64,000 nucleotides of DNA from Candidatus Poribacteria bacterium (GTDB lineage: Bacteria > Poribacteria > WGA-4E > WGA-3G), in the NCBI GenBank assembly GCA_965198235.1, contig OZ240248.1, positions 1,792,001 through 1,856,000 of the forward strand, in the 5' to 3' direction. The notes below the pieces were generated by a model. That model saw only the letters and a program-made list of their open reading frames with translations. It was not told the origin of the DNA and did no database searches. Below, one piece after another: positions 37,576 to 47,081 of the stretch. The translations under genes were made by a program, and so were the position numbers. Within the stretch, counting starts at the first letter, position 1, and each line of letters starts with the position of its first letter.

Positions 37576-37727
37576 GTGTGTGCTTAGTGCTGTCCACTAA
37601 AATGCATTTCCGATACAGCCCTCACCCCAGTGTATTCCTCACAATTGTATTCCTCACAATTGGCGATTTAGCGAGTTTCTCCAACCCAATTCCCGCAGCA
37701 TACCTTTCTCATTCATTTTTTTTTCAG

Positions 37728-37767
37728 ATTATGCACGTTTTCTATCCCAAAGACGTATCTTTAATTA
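37728..37767 (+). promoter_or_regulatory. Putative ECF-sigma (autoregulatory) promoter ATTATGCAC-N17-CGTATC-N2-TAATTA
   Basis: Upstream of the ECF gene; twin at 26592-26631. Confidence 0.5.
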
Positions 37768-37850
37768 TAAAGTGCTAACACAATGTGTAAGTGTCTTGGT
37801 ATTGGAAGACGCGGTCTATTCAATCTATTCATTAATCATGGAGTATCCTG

Positions 37851-40772
37851 ATGGAAAGAGAAGACGATATTCAACTCATCCGTAGAATCTTATCAGGCGA
37901 CGATACGGCATTTGAAACCTTAGTTCAAAAATACCAAGGGAGTATTCATGCACTTGCGTGGCGGAAGATTGGTGATTTTCACATTGCTGAAGAGATTACC
38001 CAAGACACTTTCCTCCAAGTATACAAGAACCTCTCACAGTTAAGGAATCCAAATCAACTCTTAGGATGGATGTATGTCATTGCCAATCGACTCTGCCTTA
38101 AATGGCTCGAAAAGAATAAGTCTGTCATGCAATCACTGGAGGACACACCTGTGGAAGAAATCGAGAGAGCCTCTTATACACATCACGTAGCGGAACAGCG
38201 AGAAACAGAGCGCACTGAGCGGCACCATGAACTCGTCAAAAAACTGCTCGCAAAACTCCCAGAGAGCGAACGCACCGTCGTGACGCTCTATTATCTCGGT
38301 AAGATGACGACCAAAGAAATTAGTAAATTCTTAGGCGTGTCTGTGAACACAATTACAAGCCGGCTCCAGCGGGCGCGAAAGCGTTTACAAGAACAGCAGG
38401 AAGTGTTAATTCAGGAAGTTCTCGGCGGCGTACAAATACCGGCAAGTGTAAGCGAGAACATTATGCGACAAGTCCCTAACATAAAACCCACACCCTCTCC
38501 GGCTTCTAAACCCTTCCTCCCATGGATGGCTTTGGGGACGGCTGCAGTTCTGATTGCCTTGCTGCTCGGCGCAAGCGACCGATACCTCACCCGTTTCCAG
38601 AAGCCGTATAGTTTTGAAGCACAATCTGAACCGACGATTGAAATTGTCGACGCGCCTGTCATCCTTGATATAACAGCGAAACCCGCTGTGCGAAATCAGG
38701 TCGGACGGGATACCAGTCTCGGTAAAGCCAACCGTGTCGGCACGCAAAGGTCTGATGTAACCTCAACATCTCCTACAGCAGAGAATTTCACCAAGTTCTC
38801 TACCGCACAGTGGTCGCAGGGAAACGGACCGCCAGGGGGTCCTGTAAACAATATTTTTGCTACATCTGACGGAACCGCCTATGCTGTCATACAAACAGGG
38901 GTATACAAATTAACAGCAGATGCAACCGCATGGGCAAACGTCAACGCGAGTGTCCCGATTGGCGAGGGGTTCATGCCAATGGCAGCGTATGAAGGAATGC
39001 TTTATATTGTTGCTGCCGATGAGATGTTTGCTTCAGAGAACAGGGGTGAGACGTGGAATACACTGGGTCCCCGACCCAAGGGAGATGCCGTTGAATTCGT
39101 CATTACAGATGCCGAACAAGCGTCCAGTTCACAAGTGCCTTTTACGATGTATCTCGCACTTAGAGATGAAGGGATCTTCCGATCCACAGATGGTGGGACG
39201 CACTGGAGTCCTCTGAACGACGGGTTGACGGTTTCCGAAAAAATCTCCGCAATGACTGCTATTGGAAAAACAGTGTTTGCGGGTACGGAGAACGGTCTCT
39301 ACCGTCTCGATTCAGATATTTGGAAAAAATTGCCACTGGATACATCAGGAGCCGTCTGTTCCTTGGCGGTATCTGGGAATGATCTTTATGCTGGGATAGG
39401 GCATGAGCTGTTGGTGAAATTAACGCGAATGGAGTTACAGCAGATAGATCAAGGAGATTTACATTTTTCCAAGAAGATATTCCATTCAACTGACGTGGGA
39501 GCGTCGTGGATTGAAATAAGGCTTGGACGTAAACATCTTCGCAAAGTTTCAACCGCAGGTATAACGGTTTTAGCAACAGGTAAAACACTCTTGGCATTGG
39601 GTTACGCGCAATCTCGTTCAACAGATGGCGGACAAACATGGACAGAACTTGAAAATGACCAGAATTTTTTGGGCAGGAGTCGCCTTCCAGCTGTGATGGT
39701 CAACGAGAGAACGTATTACAAAGCGAATGTATGGGGCATTCATCGCACGACGGATGGTGGTGAGTCATGGCATATATTTATGAATGGGGTGATGGGAACT
39801 ATCGTAATCGATCTCGTCGCGTTTAACAATAGGTTATACGCACATACTGGCTATGAAGTTTATCAATCAACGGATGGGGGTGTGTCTTGGAAAAAACTTT
39901 GGAATCATGGGCAGGAAGCTGTACTCAACATCCCTACTACAAGGTTGAGTTTTGAGTCAAAACTGATACCCGTTGGCAACATTCTTTATTCTCTTTCAAG
40001 TGTAGGGGACAATTTGAGTATTTTCCGTTTATCTACTGATGGCGATATGCTAATTCCAGTTCAAGGTGTTCCTGTTTTCGATCGTAGAAAACGCGCCCGT
40101 GAAAAATATTATAAGTCAAAAGATCGAGAGGATCTTTGGGCAGGTCGTCTAAAAACTGAGACTGCTGCTGCGAGTCGTGATGTATTTTATGTAGAGTGCT
40201 TGGGAGAACTCTTCAAATGGAAACTTGGTGATTCGGAATGGATAAGCACTGGATTAGTAGATGATAGTCATCTACCTTATGACAATTTCAGAAAGGGATT
40301 CAAATTAGCAGTTTTAGGGGAAACTGTCTATGTAGGGAAGCGAGATGGTAAGTTGTTTCAGTCGCTTGATGAAGGGAATAGTTGGAGAGATGTCACACCA
40401 AGTCTACCGCTCCGCTTCACTCGATTCAACGATATAGTCTTTGTAGGCTCAACCTGTTATGTTGCAACAGATAATGGAGTCACGGTTTCCCAAACTGGGG
40501 AACAGTGGCTTGTGCTCACCGATAGCAGAGGAGAGCGTCCCATCATAAATAGGTTTGCTGTAGATGATGACAAGGTTTATGGTATCGGCGATGCTGGAGG
40601 CTATCGTTTGGATACGGATATGCAATGGGAACAGATTTCTTCAGAAGTACCAAATGAAATCAGTGCTTTCGCCATTGCTAATGATAAGTTCTATAGTGCT
40701 ACCGATCAGGTCTATAGTGCTAAAGAGAACGGACTGTTTTACATCTTGCTTGAAGAGAATGAAGAAAAATAA
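37851..40772 (+). CDS. ECF sigma-70 factor fused through a TM helix to an extracytoplasmic BNR/Asp-box beta-propeller
   Basis: Region 2 'AEEITQDTFLQVY', region 4 'LPESERTVVTLYY...EISKFLGVSVNTITSRLQRAR'; TM 'WMALGTAAVLIALLLGA'; 'S.DGG.TW' repeats. Confidence 0.9.
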   Translation: MEREDDIQLIRRILSGDDTAFETLVQKYQGSIHALAWRKIGDFHIAEEITQDTFLQVYKNLSQLRNPNQLLGWMYVIANRLCLKWLEKNKSVMQSLEDTPVEEIERASYTHHVAEQRETERTERHHELVKKLLAKLPESERTVVTLYYLGKMTTKEISKFLGVSVNTITSRLQRARKRLQEQQEVLIQEVLGGVQIPASVSENIMRQVPNIKPTPSPASKPFLPWMALGTAAVLIALLLGASDRYLTRFQKPYSFEAQSEPTIEIVDAPVILDITAKPAVRNQVGRDTSLGKANRVGTQRSDVTSTSPTAENFTKFSTAQWSQGNGPPGGPVNNIFATSDGTAYAVIQTGVYKLTADATAWANVNASVPIGEGFMPMAAYEGMLYIVAADEMFASENRGETWNTLGPRPKGDAVEFVITDAEQASSSQVPFTMYLALRDEGIFRSTDGGTHWSPLNDGLTVSEKISAMTAIGKTVFAGTENGLYRLDSDIWKKLPLDTSGAVCSLAVSGNDLYAGIGHELLVKLTRMELQQIDQGDLHFSKKIFHSTDVGASWIEIRLGRKHLRKVSTAGITVLATGKTLLALGYAQSRSTDGGQTWTELENDQNFLGRSRLPAVMVNERTYYKANVWGIHRTTDGGESWHIFMNGVMGTIVIDLVAFNNRLYAHTGYEVYQSTDGGVSWKKLWNHGQEAVLNIPTTRLSFESKLIPVGNILYSLSSVGDNLSIFRLSTDGDMLIPVQGVPVFDRRKRAREKYYKSKDREDLWAGRLKTETAAASRDVFYVECLGELFKWKLGDSEWISTGLVDDSHLPYDNFRKGFKLAVLGETVYVGKRDGKLFQSLDEGNSWRDVTPSLPLRFTRFNDIVFVGSTCYVATDNGVTVSQTGEQWLVLTDSRGERPIINRFAVDDDKVYGIGDAGGYRLDTDMQWEQISSEVPNEISAFAIANDKFYSATDQVYSAKENGLFYILLEENEEK

Positions 40773-40955
40773 ATGACATCTGGTGGGTAAAAATGGTGCC
40801 AAGACTGGCATCCCGCTTGCAGTCAAACAAGAGTATCCATCAAGCACGCAGTAACGGATATGAAATCATTTTTTTGGGCGAAGGTATTGCTTTTTGCTGC
40901 CGATTTTGATCGCCCAGAGATTATTTTTGCTCAAAAAACAGGAGAGGTCAGATCA

Positions 40956-42065
40956 ATGTCAAGCTTGTTCAATTCTAAAAGAACCCTCGTTATGGGGGTC
41001 GTTGTTTTCAGCCTCTTGCTTCTGCAAATAGAGGCTTTTGCGGGGGAGGCGTGGGAACCCATCACGCGGCTCCCCACTGAGAGAAGGGGGTTCGCCACAG
41101 CTGTCGTGGATAATAAGGTGTATCTCATCGGGGGCAGCCTGATTGAAGACGTGAAGCGAGGGATAAGAGATCCAGGGCCCTTTGGAATTTCAACCGTTGA
41201 GGAGTATGATCCGCAAACCAATAGGTGGAGGCCCCGCGCAGACATGCCAACGCCACGCGAGTATCCTAAAGTTGCAGTCGTTGATGGGATCATCTATGTC
41301 TTCGGGGGGTCGAGTGGGAAAGATAACAAAATTGGGAATATGAAATTCCCGGTTCGCGTAGAGGCATACAATCCGAAGAATAATAGATGGATCCGGAAAA
41401 AAGATATGCCGGTTTCTCGTATCAACTTTGGATTGGGTGTGGTTGCTGGAAGAGTCTATCTCATCGGCGGTGCGACAGGCTTCGGTGGGGGACATAAACA
41501 ACGGATGGACCGAGTTGATGTCTATAATCCATCGACGGATCTGTGGGGGACAGCTCCGAACATGCCGACCCGGCGGGGTCCAGGAGGTGTGGCTGTCGTC
41601 AACAATCGTCTTTATGTTATGGGGGGGGCTGGATGGCCCCCTGCGGGTGCTGGGCCTCATCTGAAGGTCATTGAGGAATATGACCCGATAAGTCGTCAAT
41701 GGCGGCAGAAGCCGGATATGTTAGACCTCATATCGAGGTTCTCGACAGTTGTTGTAAGAGATGAGATTTATCTCATTGGAGGTTTTCGTCCTCTCATCCG
41801 CCCGCGTGAGTATTTAGGGAGAGTGGATGTGTATCATCCGCGAACAGAGGCGTGGGACACTATTCTAGAACTGCCGAGTCCCCTGAGCCCTGTTGATGCA
41901 GCGGTGGTCAACGGCAAGATTTATGTTTTCGGGGGTTATGGAGAAGGTATAATATTTGTTCGAGACGTTCTCGTATATGATACGGGCTTTCGTGCGGTTG
42001 AGGCAACAGGTAAAATGCTGACACACTGGGGAAAACTCAAAGTAGAACACCAAAACCAACCTTGA
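40956..42065 (+). CDS. Secreted Kelch-repeat protein with C-terminal 'AVEATGKMLTHWGKLK' tail
   Basis: Six Kelch repeats 'VYLIGG...EYDP..N.W...MPT.R'; GGAG RBS before ATG 40956. Confidence 0.9.
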   Translation: MSSLFNSKRTLVMGVVVFSLLLLQIEAFAGEAWEPITRLPTERRGFATAVVDNKVYLIGGSLIEDVKRGIRDPGPFGISTVEEYDPQTNRWRPRADMPTPREYPKVAVVDGIIYVFGGSSGKDNKIGNMKFPVRVEAYNPKNNRWIRKKDMPVSRINFGLGVVAGRVYLIGGATGFGGGHKQRMDRVDVYNPSTDLWGTAPNMPTRRGPGGVAVVNNRLYVMGGAGWPPAGAGPHLKVIEEYDPISRQWRQKPDMLDLISRFSTVVVRDEIYLIGGFRPLIRPREYLGRVDVYHPRTEAWDTILELPSPLSPVDAAVVNGKIYVFGGYGEGIIFVRDVLVYDTGFRAVEATGKMLTHWGKLKVEHQNQP

Positions 42066-42107
42066 AGCTCACAGGTTTTTCTTTTCTCACGAAAAAGGAG
42101 ATACAAA

Positions 42108-42307
42108 ATGGGACACCGACACATCCTTACATGCCTCTTTTTGATCGCACTAATTCCGCTAAGTGCTAAAGCGTTGCCACTGCTGTTGACATCTATCCGG
42201 ACAAAGCGGTAGATCAGAAAAGTTTCTTTGACGAGGTCGTTGGTGCCCTTGCTATTGATCCCGTCGGAAAATTGGCAACGACTTGGGGAGATATTAAACG
42301 CGAATAG
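42108..42307 (+). pseudogene. Internally deleted secreted protein: signal peptide joined out of frame to a C-terminal 'AIDPVGKLATTWGDIKRE' tail
   Basis: AAGGAG RBS, MGHRHILTCLFLIALIPLSAKA, then a different frame gives VATAVDIYPDKAVDQKSFFDEVVGALAIDPVGKLATTWGDIKRE*. Confidence 0.7.
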
Positions 42308-42379
42308 AACACGCCACAGTTTCTATGGGTGTGTTTTCTAACCCTACCCTTAAACACCTCTGCATTAACTCCTTTTTTC

Positions 42380-42407
42380 TTGACATCTGAACAGAATTTT
42401 ATATAAT
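42380..42407 (+). promoter_or_regulatory. Consensus sigma70 promoter
   Basis: TTGACA-N16-TATAAT. Confidence 0.65.
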
Positions 42408-42445
42408 GGGGAAGTTAAGATCAATCATGCCGAAGACTATCAGAA

Positions 42446-43345
42446 ATGCCGCCACTCCCTACTTTTCATGACAACTTTGAATACTTCAAATTCATTGGAA
42501 CGCTCCTCTTAGTCCTATTTTGCATCCAATCGACAAGCATCGCGCAAGACAATACTTCTACAAATCCGCGACCGGTGCTGACAGCGGCGAAACTAACTGG
42601 CACACCGCCCCAAATTGACGGCAAACTTGACGAAGACACGTGGAAACAGGCACCCGTTGCAACCGGTTTCGTGCAGCTCCTACCAGACGAGGGAAAACCA
42701 GCGACTGAGCGTTCCGAGGTCCGTGTTCTATACGGTGACGACGCACTCTATGTCGGGTTCCGTGCTTATGATACAGATTCAAGTGCAATCGAAGGGCAAC
42801 TGACACGCCGCGACAGGGAGTCCTTCTCCGATTGGGTGCATGTCGCAATCGACTCATACAGCGACAAACGCACCGCGTTCCAGTTCGGTGTGAATCCGAG
42901 AGGTGTCAAGCAAGATACATACCGCTATGACGACACCCGACGAGATCCGGATTGGGATGCCGTCTGGGACGTTGCAACCAGTCTTGATCAACACGGTTGG
43001 ACGGCGGAGTTCCGCATCCCCTATACCCAACTCCGTTTTCCTCATGCTGAAGAGATGATCTGGGGTATCCAGTTCACACGTGATATCGCGCGTAAGAAAG
43101 AACTCGTTTATTGGGCACCGCTCTCCAGCCAAGAAAGCGGCACCGTCTCCAAGTACGGAACGCTTCACGGGTTAAAAGGCATTAAGTCACAATGGCGGCT
43201 TGAGGTTGCTCCCTATTCGCTGGGACGACTTCAACGAGCAATCGGCGATCCTGATGACCCATTCTTCAAGGAGAACGATCCGTTTGCAACGCTCGGCATG
43301 GATCTCAAGTATGGGCTGACCGGCAATTTTACCGAGAGGAGATGA
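42446..43345 (+). pseudogene. CBM9-like/DUF5916 protein, apparently C-terminally truncated
   Basis: 'PQIDGKLDE..W', 'FGVNPRGV..D', 'GWTAEFRIP..QLRF'; stops at 'DLKYGLTGNF', where homologues usually continue into a long barrel domain. Confidence 0.7.
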
Positions 43346-44709
43346 CTATGACGACTCACGGGACACTTGAAGCAAAAGTCGATCAACTGTTTGCAGAATG
43401 GAACCAATCAGATTCCCCAGGTGCCGCCTTAGCAGTTGTCAAAGACGGTGAAATTATCTATGAACAGGGATACGGGACCGCGAATCTGGAATATGACATC
43501 CCAATCACGACGAGGACTATTTTCGATATCGCTTCAGTGTCTAAGCAATTTGCGGGGTTCGCTATCGCCACGTTATCATACGAAGGGAAGCTTTCGTTGG
43601 ATGACGATATCCGGATGTACCTGCCCGATGTCCCGGATTTCGGAAACACAATCACAATTCGACATCTCTTGCATCACACCAGTGGACTGCGGGATTGGGT
43701 GCAATCCCTTGTTATCGCGGGTGACGTAATGGAGGATGTAATTTCCTTTAAACATATCTTGAAGATGGTCCGGCATCAGAAAGCACTCAATTTTGAGCCT
43801 GGAGCGGAGTTTTTATACAGCAATACGGGATACAATCTACTGGCAGAAATCGTCGAGACAGTAACAGGAGATTCATTCAGGGAGTGGACGGACGCTAACA
43901 TCTTCAAGCCCCTTGCCATGACGAATACCCATTTTCACGATGACCATCAAATGATTCTGAAGAACCGAGCATATTCATATCAAGTTGATGAAAACGAGCG
44001 GTTTAAACACGCCGTTAACAATACAACCGCCCTCGGTTCAAGTTCTCTCTATTCAACGGTGGAAGATCTGGCGAAGTGGATTCTGAATTTTGACGACGCA
44101 CGTATCGGTGGGCAGACAGTAATTGAACAGATGCACCAGCGTGGCGTGCTTAATGACGGAGAGCAAATTGACTACGCCTTCGGGTTGAACATCGGTGAAT
44201 ACAGGGCACTAAGAACGGTCGGACACAGCGGATCATGGCGGGGATTTCGGAGTCATTTGATGCGTTTTCCGGATCAGAAATTTGGCGTAGTCATTCTGTG
44301 CAATCTCGACACCTTTAATCCACTCAGTTTAGCAGAAAAGGTCGCGGACCTCTATCTTGCTGATGTCCTTGCTACTATGGAAGCATCCGAACCAGAGAAA
44401 GCAACGGAACCTGATGAGGGTATTGAATCTGAACCTCTGCCGCCAGAACAGTTGACAGAATTCGAGGGAGATTATTATACTGAAGAACTTGATACAACCT
44501 ACACCATCGGTGTGTGCGGGGATGGACTTGTGGCGCAACACAGACGGCACGATGACATAGTGCTAACCTACGCCGACGGTCATTTCCTTGGGGACGCGTG
44601 GTTTTTTCCAGAGATTCACTTTATCCGAGACGATACCGGACGCATTACAGGGTTTAGGTTGACAGGAAACAGGGTTAGAAATCTACATTTTGAGAAAAAA
44701 GCGCATTAA
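43342..44709 (+). CDS. Serine hydrolase, beta-lactamase class C-like
   Basis: 'IASVSKQF' (SxxK), 'LLHHTSGL', 'YSNTGY', 'GHSGS'. Confidence 0.9.
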   Translation: MTMTTHGTLEAKVDQLFAEWNQSDSPGAALAVVKDGEIIYEQGYGTANLEYDIPITTRTIFDIASVSKQFAGFAIATLSYEGKLSLDDDIRMYLPDVPDFGNTITIRHLLHHTSGLRDWVQSLVIAGDVMEDVISFKHILKMVRHQKALNFEPGAEFLYSNTGYNLLAEIVETVTGDSFREWTDANIFKPLAMTNTHFHDDHQMILKNRAYSYQVDENERFKHAVNNTTALGSSSLYSTVEDLAKWILNFDDARIGGQTVIEQMHQRGVLNDGEQIDYAFGLNIGEYRALRTVGHSGSWRGFRSHLMRFPDQKFGVVILCNLDTFNPLSLAEKVADLYLADVLATMEASEPEKATEPDEGIESEPLPPEQLTEFEGDYYTEELDTTYTIGVCGDGLVAQHRRHDDIVLTYADGHFLGDAWFFPEIHFIRDDTGRITGFRLTGNRVRNLHFEKKAH

Positions 44710-44726
44710 TCTTCTTACAGGCCCTA

Positions 44727-45591
44727 GGTTGTGTTTACATTTTGTGAGTGGTTACGAGTATTGCTGCGAAATAGATGAATCCGAGATACCAAACACTTAA
44801 TTTATCGTAGCGCGTCGCGACCCGACGATACTGTTTCAACCATCGAAAGAAACGCTCTATCAAGTTCCGGCGTTTATACAACGTTTCGTCATACGCACGG
44901 GGCTCCGTCCGCCCTTCGCGAGGCGGTATGACCGCAATCGCATCCTGTGACGTGATCTCGGCTATAAACGCATCCGAGTCGTAAGCTTTATCGCCTATGA
45001 CATACTCATAACAATAGCCTTCAATCAGCGCAGGGGCTTGTGTAATATCATTGCGGTGTCCCGCTATGAAAATAAAACGCAACGGGATACAGGCATCGCT
45101 GAGAGACAGATTCAGTTTCGTCGTAAATCCACCTCGAGTTCGTCCGAGTGCCTGTGCCTCTTGTCCTCCTTTTTTTTCGGGGCACCCGCTGCCGAGGCAT
45201 GTGCCCGCAGGATCGTGGAATCAATGAGGATACCTGAGATGTCGCCAGCATCATGAAAATGTTCATGGAGTGCCTGAAAAACACCCGCATCGCACCATCG
45301 ACTGAATCGACGGTAGATCGCATTCCAATTGCCATAGACTTTCGGTAAAGCGCGCCACGTCGCGCCTTCTTTAGCGATCCAAAGCACACCAGAGAGAAAG
45401 TGCCTGCACTTTTCTGGGTTTCCAACATAGACGTTTCGGCAGTCTCTGAGGAACGGTAAGATGCTATTCCAGGCAGCATCACTTAGCTGCTTTGGCAGGT
45501 CTTGAGAGTCAACTGTGTTTTGAGTTTCCATAAAGAGAGAATACTAAAATCTCTATGAAATGTCAATACCTTTTCAAATGTAAACACTACC
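44727..45591 (-). mobile_element. IS5 family (IS427-like) insertion sequence, 865 bp, two ORFs joined by a -1 frameshift
   Basis: 16-bp TIRs GGTTGTGTTTACATTT / GGTAGTGTTTACATTT (15/16), flanked by TA within CTAG at both ends. Confidence 0.9.
44735..45531 (-). CDS. IS5 transposase (orfA 45112..45531 + orfB 44735..), frameshift at the A8G tract 45169-45177
   Basis: orfA 'WRALP..YGNW..IYRRF.RW', 'IDST'; -1 frame gives 'QALGRTRGGFTTK', 'GDKAYDSD', 'YKRRNLIERFF..LKQYRRVATRYDK'. Confidence 0.9.
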
Positions 45592-45663
45592 TAGGGGGTC
45601 ATTCAATCGCAAAACAGCGAAAAAGCCGAAAACCAAATAGCCCTACCGAAACAGAAATTGGGT

Positions 45664-45692
45664 TTGACAACTCTCAGACAATCTGTTATACT
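45664..45692 (+). promoter_or_regulatory. Strong sigma70 promoter ~230 nt upstream of the HEPN gene
   Basis: TTGACA-N17-TATACT with extended -10 TG. Confidence 0.65.
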
Positions 45693-45919
45693 TGCTTAAA
45701 ATATTGCGAATTCAACCTGAAGGTACACTCACCTATATTACGCCGAGCAGATAAGACACTTACCAGCAGTAGTACACACGGATTAAAGATGAAAGGACGC
45801 GGGCAATCATTAGGGGAGATTGAAGCCGATTGAACCTGCCAAATCTATTGGATGCAGGTGACTTTTGATTTTCCGTTTAAACCAACCTATGCCCTGTTTC
45901 AATTTAGGAGACATTTAAA

Positions 45920-46732
45920 ATGAATCAGAAGTTTGAGAAAAGTCAAAAACTGGGAAAGTGGCTCAGATGGATGGAGACGATTCACGACGAGATTCTAATA
46001 CTTGTTCAAGACGCAAACATGTTCTGGGAAGTCCAAGGCATCATCCGTGGAAATCCACGGATCCAAAAGCCTAATGCTTTCTATGGTTATCTTGCAAGGA
46101 CTTATCTTTCTCATGCATTAGTAGGACTCCGTCGGCAAATTAAATTGCAGAAGGATAGCATATCTTTTGTCGGATTGCTTGATGAGATTGCTAAAAACCC
46201 TGAAGAGTTATCCCGCAACTACTTCGATTCCCGCTGTTCTTGTTCTGATGGGCCCGACTTGTGTCAAGTGGTAGGCAAGACAGGTCTTGAGGAAGTAGGG
46301 ATCGCTGACTCTTCCCAATTGAAGGCAAGGATAAAGATGAATGACTTCGCTCCGTACGCAGATGCGAGTGGCGCGCATGTTTGTCCAGAGATGGTAGAAG
46401 ATGATCGGGCACGGCTTGAATCCGCAGTAAAAACACATGAAGAGTTTGCTGATAAGCGGATTGCCCATTCGGACAAACACGCGCCGACAATTATACCCAC
46501 CTTTGAGGAGTTAGATGCCTGCATTAAATTGCTGGATCGGACGTATGTGAAGTACCATTTTCTGTTTCATGCTGAATCAATGGATACCTTGATGCCGACC
46601 TATCAATACGAGTGGAAGAGCATTTTCTGTGAGCCTTGGTTAAAGGTTGGCTTTGGGAGTGCCAAAGGACTTATTCACGTCAGTGAAGATTTTGAGGATG
46701 AACTCCCAGATTTCAGAAAGTATACAGAATGA
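45920..46732 (+). CDS. AbiU2-like HEPN domain protein with a C-terminal DUF2281-like antitoxin tail
   Basis: Helical HEPN-like body with 'DSISF..LL' and 'FADKRIAHSD'; tail 'GFGSAKGLIHVSEDFEDELPDFRKY'; AGGAG RBS. Confidence 0.65.
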   Translation: MNQKFEKSQKLGKWLRWMETIHDEILILVQDANMFWEVQGIIRGNPRIQKPNAFYGYLARTYLSHALVGLRRQIKLQKDSISFVGLLDEIAKNPEELSRNYFDSRCSCSDGPDLCQVVGKTGLEEVGIADSSQLKARIKMNDFAPYADASGAHVCPEMVEDDRARLESAVKTHEEFADKRIAHSDKHAPTIIPTFEELDACIKLLDRTYVKYHFLFHAESMDTLMPTYQYEWKSIFCEPWLKVGFGSAKGLIHVSEDFEDELPDFRKYTE

Positions 46733-46992
46733 AATATTTGCTTGATACACATACGCTGCTTTAGTTTCTTCAGGGTGACAAAAAACTCAGTGACAAAGCA
46801 CGACGGTTAATCGACGATCCACGCAACCCAAAGTCCCTCAGCATCGTCAGCCTTTGGGAAATAGCCATTAAGCTGAGTTTAGGGAAACTCGTTTTAGATA
46901 AATCGTTTGAGAGATTGTTTCCAGAGCAACTCCATTTCAATCGTATTGAAGTATTGGATATTACAGTTGATAGCCTGATAAGAGGGATTTAG
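46729..46992 (+). pseudogene. vapC: VapC/PIN toxin pseudogene (premature TAG 46762-46764, C-terminus lost)
   Basis: MKYLLDTHTLL*FLQGDKKLSDKARRLIDD...SIVSLWEIAIKLSLGKL; ATGA overlap with the upstream gene; lacks the 'HRDPFDR' segment. Confidence 0.85.
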
Positions 46993-47053
46993 GGGGTTTT
47001 TCCTTGTAGAAATGCTAAAACTAAATAGCCCTGTTTTCTAACGCCTTTTTTTC

Positions 47054-47081
47054 TTGACATTTGGGTAAAATTTGATATAAT
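47054..47081 (+). promoter_or_regulatory. Consensus sigma70 promoter
   Basis: TTGACA-N16-TATAAT with extended -10 TG. Confidence 0.65.

Noticed and set aside
43343-43345. TGA ending the CBM9/DUF5916 ORF as Sec
   Set aside because: No Cys-type motif; the TGA overlaps the next gene's start region and no homologous continuation follows
45555-45833. 92-aa ORF after the IS
   Set aside because: Starts inside the IS end and spans a promoter; no recognisable protein features
46762-46764. In-frame TAG in vapC as pyrrolysine or read-through
   Set aside because: The position is normally Trp (TGG>TAG is one transition) and the gene is also truncated; a pseudogene is simpler
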